Virus record (IMG/VR): IMGVR_UViG_3300029258_002338
Location: 6,175-70,174 of that record
Origin: a virus
Direction: 5' to 3' (one strand)
Length of the DNA: 64,000 nt
Position numbers and translations under genes: made by a program
The notes under the pieces: model-generated
Told to the model about the DNA's origin: nothing
Databases searched by the model: none
Seen by the model: the letters and a program-made list of their open reading frames with translations, nothing else
Shown here: positions 47,301-57,684 of the stretch, in pieces
How the letters are laid out: every line of letters starts with the position of its first letter
Position numbering within the stretch: the first letter of the stretch is position 1

Positions 47301-50024
47301 CCCGTGCGGCTTGCCGTTCTGGCGCCTCCGCACGAGGGGGCCGCCGTCTCGGGAGAGCCGCTCGATCAGCGGGACGTAGGACCCCCACCCCATGAAGGCG
47401 TCGGGGTAGCGCGGCTGGAAGTAGTTGCGGAAGAACCCGGCGTGCGTGAACTCGACCCCCGGGGGCACCTCGGCCAGCGTGTCGAGGATCATGTGCCACA
47501 CCTCGTCAGCCGGCAGGCGGTTGATCGTACCTTGTGGCCCTCTCATCTCACCGCTTCCTCTCTCCCTGGTACGGTGCCGTCTCGACGCAGATCCTCAAGG
47601 GCTCGTGAGCAGGCCCGTACAGGTAGCCTGGGGGAAGCTCCACGTCGAAGACCTCGCAGTACCACCGCTTCGCCCCATCGCGGCGCGCTTCGTCGGTCTT
47701 CCGCAGCTGCGGGCAACCCGTACAGTGATCGTGGTTCGGTATCTCGAAGTCGTAGTCGATCCCATCGACCTTCGCCTTGAATCGTCTCATCAGTTTTCCC
47801 CCTCCTTCTCCACGGTCAGCCTGGCGTGCTCCCACGCTTGGCCGCCTCTGGTGTGTTGTTGGGATCGCTGTAGGCGCAGTCAGCGCACCACGTAGCCCGC
47901 TTGGCCCCAGTGAATCCGCGCCCGCATTTGAGGCATCTACAGAGGTAGCCGCCAGGTGCCCAGCCTTTTCGCTGCGGGCGCTCGTCTCCTGGATCGTTCA
48001 TCGCCTGTTGGACGGTCAGCGCTGTTTCCTTTTTTCCCATCATCGGTCGTCCTCTTTCTTCCGCCGCGCATCCCACGTCTCCTGGTAGGGGTGCTGCAAC
48101 TCGAACTCCCCGGGGCCGAGGATGCGGCGATCCCGCGGAGACAAGACCCCGTACTCAGGAATTCGGCCGTCCTCCGCGTTGATCGGGTGCTCGCCAATGC
48201 TGCGGAACCAGTCGAGCGCGAGATCGAAGCAGTCCACCTTCTCAGTCGAGAAGAAGATGCGGCCAACGATCTGCGTCTCGTCGGCCGGGAACTTCTCGTA
48301 GCCCCAGCCAGGGCACGGGACGAAGTAGCGGTCGCCCATCCCCCTGATCTTGGACTCCAGCCGCTCCCTCTGCTTCTCGGGGTCCAAGGGGCGTGGGCCG
48401 ATCCAGCGGCGCGTCACCTTGTGCGTGACGATGCGACCCTCGCAGAGCACGGCGATGGCTTCGGCGTAGTGCTCGTGCTCGGGCAGCTGCTCCGTGGTGA
48501 AGGGACCCTCGAAGTGCCTGTTGTCGGTCATCGGTCGTCCTCCCCTTTCTCCGCCCTCAGTGGGCGTTGATAACCTTCACTTATCAAGGGCCTCCTCCTC
48601 CTCCGAGGTCCACAGCTCCTTGATGACGCGGCGGATGGACGCGAACCGGGCGCCCACCAGCACCTCGAAGGTCTCGAGATCGTGGTAGCGGATCTTCCTG
48701 GTCGCCAGCTCGAGGATCTTCTCCAGCGCCTTCTCGCGCCGGTTGACCAGACGCTCGAGCCTCTTGCAGGTCTCACACTCCATCACTTCCCTCCGTGGAG
48801 CCAGACGTTGCCGTAGCCGGGGAGGATGACGGTGCCGTGGCGGCTCATCTCCTCGGCGATGCCCTCCTACTGAGCTTGACGACGTTCGGTGAAGATGTAG
48901 GCTACAGTGAAGCGTTTCATCGTTCCTCCAAGATGTTGCACATGGTCTTGCTGTAGGTGTGCGGGAGGCACACCAGGAGGCTGCGCCACCCCGCGTTCCA
49001 GGCGCGGTACAGGCGCCGGTATCTGCGGTGCGATTCCGCGTCGATGTCGCAGAGCCGACGGACCGTGCCGTAGCCCTGTCCCATGAGGCGAGCCACCTCC
49101 AGGTCGATCATCCGCGCGGTCTCGTAGTCGTGGCGGGCGTCCCACCAGCGCGCCGTGAGCCGCCGCGTGGCGCCGTCGATAGAGGCGACGAGTAGCTTGG
49201 CGTCCTCGATCTCCTGGAGCCGCGCGCACGCGTCCCAGACAATCAGCTCTACCTCGGCGAATGATCGTAGAGCCTGCACCGCCAGCGCGCGCACCTCGGC
49301 GTCGAACGCCTCGAGATCTTCGATGGGATCGATCACTTGTCGTTCTCCTCCGCTGCTCATCTGTCGCTCTCCTTCCGCGGCACGAAGATCAGTCTCCTGC
49401 GGCGTGACCCAGTCCATGTCCGAGCTGCTCGTCATCACCTCGACGTTCTGGTTCATCCGTTCCCGTCCTCGTCGTCGTAGGGGTTGTCGGGCACGTCCTC
49501 GCGGATCGCCTCGCGCTCGAGCTTGTTGACCTCGCGGATCAGCTCGTCGCGCGCCTCCTTCAGCGCCACGTTCTCCTCTTCGAGGTCGCGCTTCTCGAGC
49601 GTGAGGGCGTCGATCTTCTGGTTGAGGGTCGTGATCGCCCTCAAGCCCTCCTCGCGGTGCTTGATGGCCTCGCGCAGCTCGCGCTGCAACGCGGCGACCT
49701 CTCCCTGAAGCTGGTGGATCCGCTGGTCGCGCGCCACGTCCATCGCCTTGCCCGCCAGGCCACCCAAGAATCCCATCCATCCCGCTCCGCTCATCCGTTC
49801 CTCCCGGCCTTCTCGGCCTCGCGGCACCCCTCGCACCGCTGGTAGTGGTACCCCTCCCGTCGCATGATGAGGCCGAGCCGCGAGTCGTAGCTCCGACACC
49901 ACATCATGAGGGGGTCGCCCGTCTTGACGTACCGCTGGGGGCAGTCGAGCCCGCACCGCGTCTCCCCCTCGACCCAGACCTGGCAGTCGAACCCGACCCG
50001 GTCCTTGAGGATCATCTTCTTCAT
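44310..50024 (-). CDS. array of small accessory genes (44310-44450, 44443-44703, 44705-45730, 45727-46215, 46217-46393, 46396-46614, 46619-46942, 46942-47190, 47250-47546, 47548-47790, 47816-48043, 48040-48531, 48577-48786, 48917-49456, 49453-49794, 49791-50024)
   Basis: Co-oriented, mostly abutting ORFs with RBS; several coiled-coil (RVAELE repeats) or CxxC proteins. Confidence 0.55.
49391..49456 (-). pseudogene. N-terminal remnant of a phage Dam-like adenine methyltransferase
   Basis: MNQNVEVMTSSSDMDWVTPQ resembles the typical N-terminus (V-x-x-SS-x-x-x-x-W-x-TP); no catalytic motifs follow. Confidence 0.4.
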
Positions 50025-50899
50025 TCCTCCCGCTCCTTCTTCAACCGGCGTAGGGCGTCGCCCACGCGTCGGGTGCGGCTGCCCCGGAGGTACCGCTCGG
50101 TGGTGGCCACGCTGGAGTGGCCGAGGAAGTCCTTGACGTCGAGGATGTCGCCCTCGGCGTCGTAGAGGCGGCGGGCCATCGTGTGGCGGAAGCGGTGGGT
50201 CCAGACCTCGTCCGCGTCCAGCCCGGCCTCGTCGGCCACCCGCTTGACCCAGCGCCTCACCTGCTCGTAGGCCGCCGCGGCACGTCGCGCCTTGGCCGAC
50301 CGGGGGGAGATCAGGTCCGCCACCTCGTCCCAGTCCCCCAGCTCCAGCAAGGCCGCCAGCTCCTCGTCCACGATGCCCTCGACGGCCAGGTCGCGCTCCC
50401 GGTCCCGCTTGGTCCAGATGCGCAGCACGCCGGTCTCCTGCGCCTCCTCGACGGCCTCGCGCTGGACGTGGGCCAGGTCGGCCCCGGCGCGCAGCCCGAG
50501 CTGGGTCATCAGCCGCAGGCAGGGCCAGAGCCAGACCGGCTCCTCGTCCCGGTAGGCGTCGAGCGCCTCGTCGAAGGCCTCGGCTTGCTCCTCGGTCAGC
50601 GGCGTGACGATCTTGCTGCGCAGGCTGCCCTTGCCCCCGCGCATCATCTTCACCGCGGCCCGGGAGGAGAGCGCCTCCTCCAGCGTCCCGTCGTCTCGCC
50701 AGCGGGCCCAGCGCAGCAGGGCGGCCCGGTAGAGCCGCTTGGTCGCCGGGCGGATCTTGCGGCGAGCCAGCACCCGCCAGGGCTCCTCCTCGTCGTACTC
50801 CAACGCGGCCTTGACCGCGTTGAAGTAGTTCTGCACGGAGCGGGGCTCGAGCCCCTCCACCTCCAGGTACGCCCGGAAGGCCTCCAGGGTGTCGCTCAT
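50021..50899 (-). CDS. tyrosine recombinase/integrase (XerC/D-like)
   Basis: Complete R-K-H-R-H-Y set: GLR, TKR, THRFRHT, LGHSS, TERY; N-terminal SAM-like region. Confidence 0.9.
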   Translation of the reverse strand: MSDTLEAFRAYLEVEGLEPRSVQNYFNAVKAALEYDEEEPWRVLARRKIRPATKRLYRAALLRWARWRDDGTLEEALSSRAAVKMMRGGKGSLRSKIVTPLTEEQAEAFDEALDAYRDEEPVWLWPCLRLMTQLGLRAGADLAHVQREAVEEAQETGVLRIWTKRDRERDLAVEGIVDEELAALLELGDWDEVADLISPRSAKARRAAAAYEQVRRWVKRVADEAGLDADEVWTHRFRHTMARRLYDAEGDILDVKDFLGHSSVATTERYLRGSRTRRVGDALRRLKKEREE

Positions 50900-51117
50900 T
50901 CCGGCCACCACCCGCAGTGCTCGGCGAGCAGCTCGTTGAGCCTGAACACCTTGCCCGCCGTCCATCCGATGCCGTAGCCGTCGCGGTCCACGAACCCACG
51001 GGCGCGGATCATCGCGCTGACTTCACCCACGCGGAAGGCGGTGTCGGCGATCTCGGCGTAGGGCTCGGGGAGCACCGTCTTCAGCAAACCCATCTCTCCC
51101 TTGGGGTCCTGTCCCAT
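50896..51117 (-). CDS. hypothetical protein
   Basis: Follows the GAGGAGG junction repeat. Confidence 0.5.
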   Translation of the reverse strand: MGQDPKGEMGLLKTVLPEPYAEIADTAFRVGEVSAMIRARGFVDRDGYGIGWTAGKVFRLNELLAEHCGWWPE

Positions 51118-51659
51118 CACGCTACCTCCTCGTCGCCCTCCACCATCGCTAACATGAGCGCCTCCCCCAGCAGCACCGGGTGGTAGTCCCACACGTCAAC
51201 GCCGACGTTGACGACGTTGCGCTGCTTCTTGAACAGCCTATGTATGTGGCCGCAGAAGACGGGGGATCGAGGCCCCCACACGGTCGCGACCGCAGGATCG
51301 TGGACCAGCAGTAGTGAGCACGGTGCCGGAGTTTGTCGGTACAACACGAAGGACGTGTGCACCGACTGGAAGCCGAGTTCGACGAGCCGCAACGGCCGGA
51401 TGCGGTCGTGGTTGCCAAGGATCAGGATCTTGGTGCCGTGCAGCTTGCGGAGGATCCGCTCCACGTAGTCGGAGCGTTGAGGGCCGACCATCGTGAAGTC
51501 GCCCAAGAAGTAGGTGGTGTCCTCGGCGGACACGCGCTCGTTGAAGTTGCGGATCAGCGCCTTGTCCATCTCCGCGGCGTTCTTGAACGGACGCTGAGTG
51601 TACTTGATGATGTTCTCGTGGCCGAAGTGCTGATCGGCCGTGACCCAGACAGTCATCAC
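51117..51659 (-). CDS. calcineurin-like metallophosphoesterase
   Basis: DQHFGH, LGDF, GNHD, GHIH, NVGVD. Confidence 0.9.
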   Translation of the reverse strand: MMTVWVTADQHFGHENIIKYTQRPFKNAAEMDKALIRNFNERVSAEDTTYFLGDFTMVGPQRSDYVERILRKLHGTKILILGNHDRIRPLRLVELGFQSVHTSFVLYRQTPAPCSLLLVHDPAVATVWGPRSPVFCGHIHRLFKKQRNVVNVGVDVWDYHPVLLGEALMLAMVEGDEEVA

Positions 51660-51668
51660 GCTACCTCC

Positions 51669-52549
51669 TCATTCCGGCGCCCCCATCCGGGCTGTGGCAT
51701 CCTTCACGCAATCGCGGTAGACCTCCAGCGCCGTCTCCGGGTTCTTCCCCGTCCAGTCCTGGGCCCCCCCGTGGAAGGGCTCGAAGACCATCTCCCAGCA
51801 CGCCTCCTCGATTGCGGCGGGGGCGGGGGCAAGACCCATGAGGTAGTCCGCCAGTCCGAGCCCTGCCAATATCAGAGCGAAGAAGAGGCCGACCCCTACC
51901 ATCATCAACATCCCATCCAGTCCACTCCTCGCCTTGCCGTTCACGATACCTCCTCGCCGGCCAGGAACCTGGCCACCCTCTCGAAGTCGGCCAGGACGCC
52001 GACCAGCTCGCCGTTCAGGAACGCCTCGTAGTGCTCCAGGTCTCGGCGCCAGACGGCCAGCCGCTCCCCCACGTCCCGCTCCGGGGGCTTGAGGTAGAGC
52101 GGCCGGTAGGACGCGCCCTGGCTGTGCCACTCGCGCAGGATCGTCAGGTCAGTCATCTACCTCCCCATCCTCTCGGGGTTCTCGACCCAGCGCAGATCGG
52201 AGATGGCCTTCGCAGCCTCTTTGAGCACCACCCCATACAAGGCGGCCAAACACTCCACGCAGACGGGCCGGTGTTTGTGGGAGGAGTACCAGTCCACCTT
52301 GATGGGCACGAGGGAGGTCTCCACGCGATCTGCCCCACAGCACCAACAGATTCGAGAGGGTTCGGGGAGGGGCCGCGGAATGGCGGCCTGTATCGCCCGG
52401 AGGCTCACCACCATCGCCTTCTGAGGGGGGATGGGGGCCTCTGCTAGGTGCCTCAGAAACTCCTCCAACGAGGCGACGTCCTGCTTCAGGGCCAACTCGT
52501 ACCACTCCTCAGCGTGTAGGTCCGCCCAATCCTGTTTCTCGAGCTTCAT
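51669..52549 (-). CDS. three small genes (51669-51944 TM, 51941-52156, 52157-52549)
   Basis: First genes after the leftward promoter; coupled junctions. Confidence 0.55.
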
Positions 52550-52609
52550 GGCTCATTCCTCCTTCGCGAAACGGCGCGTGATCGCGCCGATCTCCAGGCC
52601 AACGCCCAC

Positions 52610-52638
52610 AATATAGGACAAATAGGATGCTTTGTCAA
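52610..52638 (-). promoter_or_regulatory. sigma70 promoter for the leftward accessory/recombinase operon
   Basis: TTGACA (52638-52633)-17-TATATT (52615-52610). Confidence 0.8.
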
Positions 52639-52857
52639 CCGCCTGTTCAGAGGCTAGTTTACCATGGTAAACCAAGCCCTTGCCTCAGAAACAGGCCACA
52701 TTTGCGGGCCAGGAAGCTGGACAAAATCGACGTGAACGACTACCTTTATAAGCGGCCAGGCCCCCAGCCCCCCACATCCCCTTCGTGCACTCCAGGCCAA
52801 CGACTGCACGTCGGAACCGGGGGTCCTGGCCTTCTTTCTCTCTCCCCCACTAACACC

Positions 52858-52886
52858 TTGACAACATCTGCAAGCGTGGCTAGACT
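52858..52886 (+). promoter_or_regulatory. divergent sigma70 promoter
   Basis: TTGACA-17-TAGACT, then GGAGG and ATG 52912. Confidence 0.75.
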
Positions 52887-52911
52887 CCCCCGTAGGCCTG
52901 GAGGTGAAGCC

Positions 52912-54437
52912 ATGAGAGACGTATCCGAAGAGTGGGTCCCGTTGATCCACGTCGTAAAGAAAGACCGCGTCGAAGAGGAGCTGTCCTTGGCGCAGGGAGC
53001 CCCCGAGTCCGTGCAGGACGCCTTGGCCCTCGCTTTGTCCGCCGCCAAGTGGATGGAGGCAGCCGTCCAGATGAAGCGGTCGGGGCGCCTAAGGGACAGC
53101 ATCCCACTCGGCTACATGGCCAACTGTGGGGCTTGCCGTCGGTGGCACTTCGTGTCTCAGACATCGGAGGGATGTGGGATCTGCCCCCTGCGGGAAGGCC
53201 AGCCCGAAATCTACTGCTTGCGCGTCGGGGGTCCCAGTGGAGGGCTAATAGGCTGGCGCAACCGCGAGGGCATCATCAAGATCTTCAACCACATCATGGC
53301 CTGCTACGCGAAGGCCTACGCAGCGGTGCCGCCGGAGTACCGCGGGGAGGAGTGAGATCGGTGAAAATCAAGAGTGCGAAGCACGGAGACGGCGAGGCCC
53401 CGGACGGGTTCGAGCCGCTCCCGGACGAGGTCGTCCAGACCGAGCGAGGACGCGTCGAGGCGCTGGTGAAGCAGGTGGTGGCCTGGACGATGCGGGACCG
53501 CCTGGAGGTCGCTCAGGAGCTGCTGAGGGGCGATCCTGCGGCCGTCGAGGACGGGCCCGCCAACAACGTCGTCGAGAACCACGTCTCCCAGCTGGCCCGG
53601 CGGCTGTTCCAGAAGTGGTCCGAGGAGGAGTCCCTCGACGGGGTCGAGCTGTGGGAGGGCCACTGCGTGACCGACACCCACGGGTGGTTCCAGATCCGCG
53701 GTGACGCCGAGCGGCTGGAGGACGCGACCTACTGGTTCATCGTCGATCCGGGGAGCCGCGGCGTCTACGCCATGCGCCCCGGAGACGGCGGCGAGCCCAC
53801 CGTGATGTCCGACATCCTGGTCATCTCGCCGGACTCACCGCTCAAGCAGGCCTACCTGGGCCGGAGAGTGAGGAGGGTCTGATGCCCCGAGAAGCCGTCC
53901 TGACCGAGTCCCTGTCGTTCCAGTCGAGCAGGGAGTTCAAGAACCTGCTGCAAGAGACCGCGCAGACCCACGGGCTCACCATGAGCGACGTGGTCCGCAG
54001 GTCCGTCGAGGCCTTCGCCGAGGGAGGGGGCCTCAAGGCCCTGAAGGCCAAGGGCAAGCGGATCGTCATCTCGGCCAACTCCGACCCCGAGGACCTGGAG
54101 GCCGCCGCCAACATCCTGCGGATGATGCGGGGGGAGGAGTGAGGTGGGAGACCTGAACGAGTTCTGCAAGCTCTGCGGGGAGAGGGCGACCGCGTCGCTG
54201 TCGAAGAACAGCGGGGCGAGCCTGGGGACGCTGGAGCACCGGGAGATCGAGGTGCAGGCCGAGGACGGGTCGCTGGTGCGGGTGGGGTGGAACGCCCACG
54301 CCTTCCTGATGGCCAGCTCGCCGTACCGTGAGATCCCGATCTGCCGGGCCTGCATGGACTCCCTGATGAGCGGGGCTCACCCGACCCAGGTCGCCAACAA
54401 CTCCTCGTTCCCACCCCACGCCGTCCGCCGGCGCTAA
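52912..54437 (+). CDS. four-gene unit (52912-53355 Cys-rich, 53361-53882, 53882-54142 RHH-like, 54144-54437 Zn-ribbon)
   Basis: RBS and coupling; RHH pattern SLSFQSSREFKNLLQETAQTHGLTMSDVVRRSV. Confidence 0.6.
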
Positions 54438-54438
54438 C

Positions 54439-55191
54439 CTACCCCTCCAGCCCGAGCCGCTCGCGCAGCTTCGCCAGGTGGCCCCAGGTCTCCTCCCACT
54501 CGTCGCGGTGGATCCCGTAGGGCGGCTCCTCCAGGGGCGGCAGCTCCTCGGCCTCGAGGGCGATGTCGTTCTCGAACTTCGAGGTGCGGTGCCAGGTGTT
54601 GGCGGAGTGAATGAGGATGATGCCGGGCACCTCCCACTTGAACCACCGCATCACCTCGGCCTCCTCGAGGCTGCGAGAGAGCGGCATCACCCACTCCGAG
54701 TCCTCCCCGATCAGCTTGTTGGGGAAGCGGAAGGCCTGGGCCGTGTCCTTGTGGAAGGCGCAGAAGGGGATGTGCGGGTAGGTCATCGAGTCCCGCGCCC
54801 GGAACCACAGCATCTCGTCGAGGATCAGCCGGTGGTTGACGCAGAGCATGGCCATCCGGTGCCCGCTCTCGATCGCCTCGCCGAGCAGCTCGTGGTGCCG
54901 CGGGTGGTGCCAGTCGTCGTCGTCGTGCCACAGCAGGACGTCGTGCTCGATCGCCTCCAGGCCCACCTGGCGAGAGCGCCCGACCAGGGCCGAGGGCTCG
55001 AGCCGGATGAACTCCAGGTCGGACACGCCGGTCTCCCGGCGCACGTCGTCCGGCCTGACGGCCCGACCCGCTTCCGACGAGTCCACGACGATCAGCTGGT
55101 CCGTGGGCCGGGTCTGCTTGCGCAGGTTCCAGGCCCACCACTCGAGCCACTCCGGCCGGTTCTTGGTGACGACGATCGTGGAGAGTTTCAC
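54439..55191 (-). CDS. glycosyltransferase family 2 (GT-A)
   Basis: STIVVTKNR, LIVVDSS, WHDDDDW. Confidence 0.85.
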   Translation of the reverse strand: MKLSTIVVTKNRPEWLEWWAWNLRKQTRPTDQLIVVDSSEAGRAVRPDDVRRETGVSDLEFIRLEPSALVGRSRQVGLEAIEHDVLLWHDDDDWHHPRHHELLGEAIESGHRMAMLCVNHRLILDEMLWFRARDSMTYPHIPFCAFHKDTAQAFRFPNKLIGEDSEWVMPLSRSLEEAEVMRWFKWEVPGIILIHSANTWHRTSKFENDIALEAEELPPLEEPPYGIHRDEWEETWGHLAKLRERLGLEG

Positions 55192-55958
55192 AGCTCACCT
55201 CCTCCGAGGAAGGGACACGCGCGCAGCAGGGGCATTACGTTGCGGGAGACGTCGTGGGGCTTGCACATCGCCGCGAGCTGGCGAGCCGGCAGCTGATCCA
55301 CTTCGCGCAGGTCGACCGGGTCCGGGGGGAACCGCATCCCGAGACCCTGGTAGTAGTCGTGGAACTTGAAGCCTCGTCCGAGCACCCGGCCGCTGAACTC
55401 GACCCACAGGGACGGGATGCCGTAGGAGTCAGCCGCGATCAGGCCGTGCAGCGCCGACGAGGCGATGGCCTTGCAGCGCAAGACGTCCGCGATGACCTGA
55501 GAGGGCGGCGACGTGACGTCGATGAAGCAGACGTCGGCCGGCAGGTGCCGCAAGGCCGGGTGGTCGTGGTCCACGTAGTGCGGGATGATGCCCAGGGAGT
55601 ACTGGTCGGTGCGCTCCCCACCGTAGGCCAGAGGGAGCAGGATCGCCGGGTCGCCGTAGACGGCCGGGCACTCGACGCCCTGGTCCTGGAGCCACTTGCG
55701 TGAGAGCGGGCCGCGGACCGCGTGGACCTTCTTTGGCTTGCAGATGAGCTTCAGGTGCGGCCCGATCACGCCCGAGCCCCAGACCTCCATCGGACCACAG
55801 GGGTGGTCGAGGATCGAGCCGCTGACCAAGTAGCCCGGGGGGTTGATCGTGATGCGCGTGGGGCGGCCCGACAGCTTGCTGACCAGCCGCGCGTTGATCG
55901 CGTCCCCGAAGTTCGGGTCCTGGTGATAGTAGAAGATCGGGATCGCTTCTCGCTTCAT
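55188..55958 (-). CDS. polysaccharide pyruvyl transferase
   Basis: NFGD, GSIL, WGSG, VRGPLS, GDPA, IIPH, SSALHGLI...YGIP. Confidence 0.9.
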   Translation of the reverse strand: MKREAIPIFYYHQDPNFGDAINARLVSKLSGRPTRITINPPGYLVSGSILDHPCGPMEVWGSGVIGPHLKLICKPKKVHAVRGPLSRKWLQDQGVECPAVYGDPAILLPLAYGGERTDQYSLGIIPHYVDHDHPALRHLPADVCFIDVTSPPSQVIADVLRCKAIASSALHGLIAADSYGIPSLWVEFSGRVLGRGFKFHDYYQGLGMRFPPDPVDLREVDQLPARQLAAMCKPHDVSRNVMPLLRACPFLGGGEL

Positions 55959-56869
55959 AGGAGCCCCTGGATGCGCAAGATGACGTGGTGGGTCAGCGTG
56001 GCCCGCGCGAGGCGGTAGGCCTCGTCCGTCAGCCCGAACCGATACCGCCGGGCCGCGGCGATGATGCCGTCGTACTCCTCCTGGCTCATGGTCAACAGGC
56101 GCTCGCGGAGCTGCCTCGTGTGGAACCACTTGGTCTTGGGGTTGAAGTACGGCGAGAGGTCCACGTAGGCCTCGGCGGGCACCAGCTCGCTCACGGTGGG
56201 TGAGCCCAGGTAGAGAGCCACCCGGTCGGTCAGGAAGGCGTCGTGTAGCTTCTCGCTGACGTAGTTGGGGCAGCGGCAGTTCTCGAGCGCGAAGACGAAG
56301 GCCGCGTTGCACTCGGCGATCTCGGCCCACTTCCTCTGGCGCCACGCGCCGTCAGGCTCGCCGGTCTTGGTGTCCACGTCCCAGCCGGACCCCCGCACCA
56401 CCATGCTGGGGTAGTCTTCGAGGAACCGCTCGACGATTCCGGCCCGCGGCCCGTAGAGGTTGACGCACCCCGGGTAGTCGGGCATCTGCTCGAACCCGTA
56501 CCGACTCCCCGCGTAGTAGATCGTGCGGTCACCCAGGGCCGTCGTGGATCGCACCACGGACTCCGCCCACCGGGAATGGTAGGGGAAGACCATCGGGTTC
56601 GACGTGTTGGAGAAATCTCCCAGCACCCACGGCCTGCGCATGAAGCCGTAGAAGCTATGAAAGCCCCCGTGGTCCCCGTAGAGCTTGATCCGGTGCGGCG
56701 CTAGCGGCGGCTCGTTCATGACGATGATCGAGCGGTTCGGGGGCGTGGGGTGGCGATAGGTGCTGAAGTAGACCCAGAAGTCAGCCTCCTCCGGGTCGTC
56801 GGTCACCCGGAACTGCCGATCCATGAGGGCCGGGTCCAAGCTCGAGAACTCATCGACGAAGACCCTCAC
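55955..56869 (-). CDS. GT10 alpha-1,3-fucosyltransferase-like protein
   Basis: FVFALEN...YVSEK..DAF....ALYLG motif. Confidence 0.85.
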   Translation of the reverse strand: MRVFVDEFSSLDPALMDRQFRVTDDPEEADFWVYFSTYRHPTPPNRSIIVMNEPPLAPHRIKLYGDHGGFHSFYGFMRRPWVLGDFSNTSNPMVFPYHSRWAESVVRSTTALGDRTIYYAGSRYGFEQMPDYPGCVNLYGPRAGIVERFLEDYPSMVVRGSGWDVDTKTGEPDGAWRQRKWAEIAECNAAFVFALENCRCPNYVSEKLHDAFLTDRVALYLGSPTVSELVPAEAYVDLSPYFNPKTKWFHTRQLRERLLTMSQEEYDGIIAAARRYRFGLTDEAYRLARATLTHHVILRIQGLL

Positions 56870-57522
56870 TTCGGATCCTCGTAGCCGTAGGCCTTGGCCA
56901 CGGCGGCGTAGGGCGCCCACAGGCGCTTCCAGTGCTCCTCCGGTACTTCTTCCCGCCACGCACCGGCGCGCCCCTTGCGGAAGAACCTGGGCGTCTCCGC
57001 GTGGAAGTCCGAGAAGGGCGGCAGGGGCTCGCTGGTCAACACCGGGGGCTCGTGCCGCAGGATCCGGCCTAGAGCGGCGCGGAGGGTCTCGACGCCGTCC
57101 TTCAGGAGGTCCTCGTACCGCACGAAGTCGGAGATGTGGCCGCCCCAGTCCTCGAGCCACTTGACGTACCACCCCACCCACTTGTCACGCCTCCAGACGC
57201 ACTCCAGGGCCTCCTCGAAGGGGCCTGGGTCTCCCTCGTAGACCTGGGCGTAGTGAGCCCGAGAGACGAGCGTGTCGAGGGGGTGGCGGACGACCACGAG
57301 AGCCGGGTTGTGGCTGACGTGGCGCCGCTCGTGGGTCTTGTAGGCCCACAGCCGGCTCTCGGGGGCGTCTCGGTTCAGCTTGCTGGCCAGGGGGCCCTTC
57401 AACGGGCTCGAGGCGCGGTAGGGCGACACCGTCGAGATGCCGAAGTGGTGCTCCAGCAAGAGCCGGGTGAAGGTGTTGCCGGTACGCGGGTAGGACGCGA
57501 GGAAAAAGTTGTGGTGCTTCAC
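56866..57522 (-). CDS. PAPS-dependent sulfotransferase
   Basis: SYPRTGNT, KTH, VRHPLDTLVS, RYEDL, FFRKG...W; GTG start after GGAGG. Confidence 0.9.
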   Translation of the reverse strand: MKHHNFFLASYPRTGNTFTRLLLEHHFGISTVSPYRASSPLKGPLASKLNRDAPESRLWAYKTHERRHVSHNPALVVVRHPLDTLVSRAHYAQVYEGDPGPFEEALECVWRRDKWVGWYVKWLEDWGGHISDFVRYEDLLKDGVETLRAALGRILRHEPPVLTSEPLPPFSDFHAETPRFFRKGRAGAWREEVPEEHWKRLWAPYAAVAKAYGYEDPK

Positions 57523-57543
57523 GGGGAACCTCCAGGCTCTACC

Positions 57544-57573
57544 AAGGTAGCCATCCGCGGCCCACCATGTCAA
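57544..57573 (-). promoter_or_regulatory. sigma70-type promoter for the glycan operon
   Basis: TTGACA-18-TACCTT. Confidence 0.5.
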
Positions 57574-57684
57574 GGGGAGACGCCTCCCCGAGAGGGGAGG
57601 ACGCCTGTGCTTACAGTCGAGAAGGGAGATACCGAGAAACCCGACAGGGCTTGCCGGGAAGGTATCAGATTCGGGGTCGGACGG

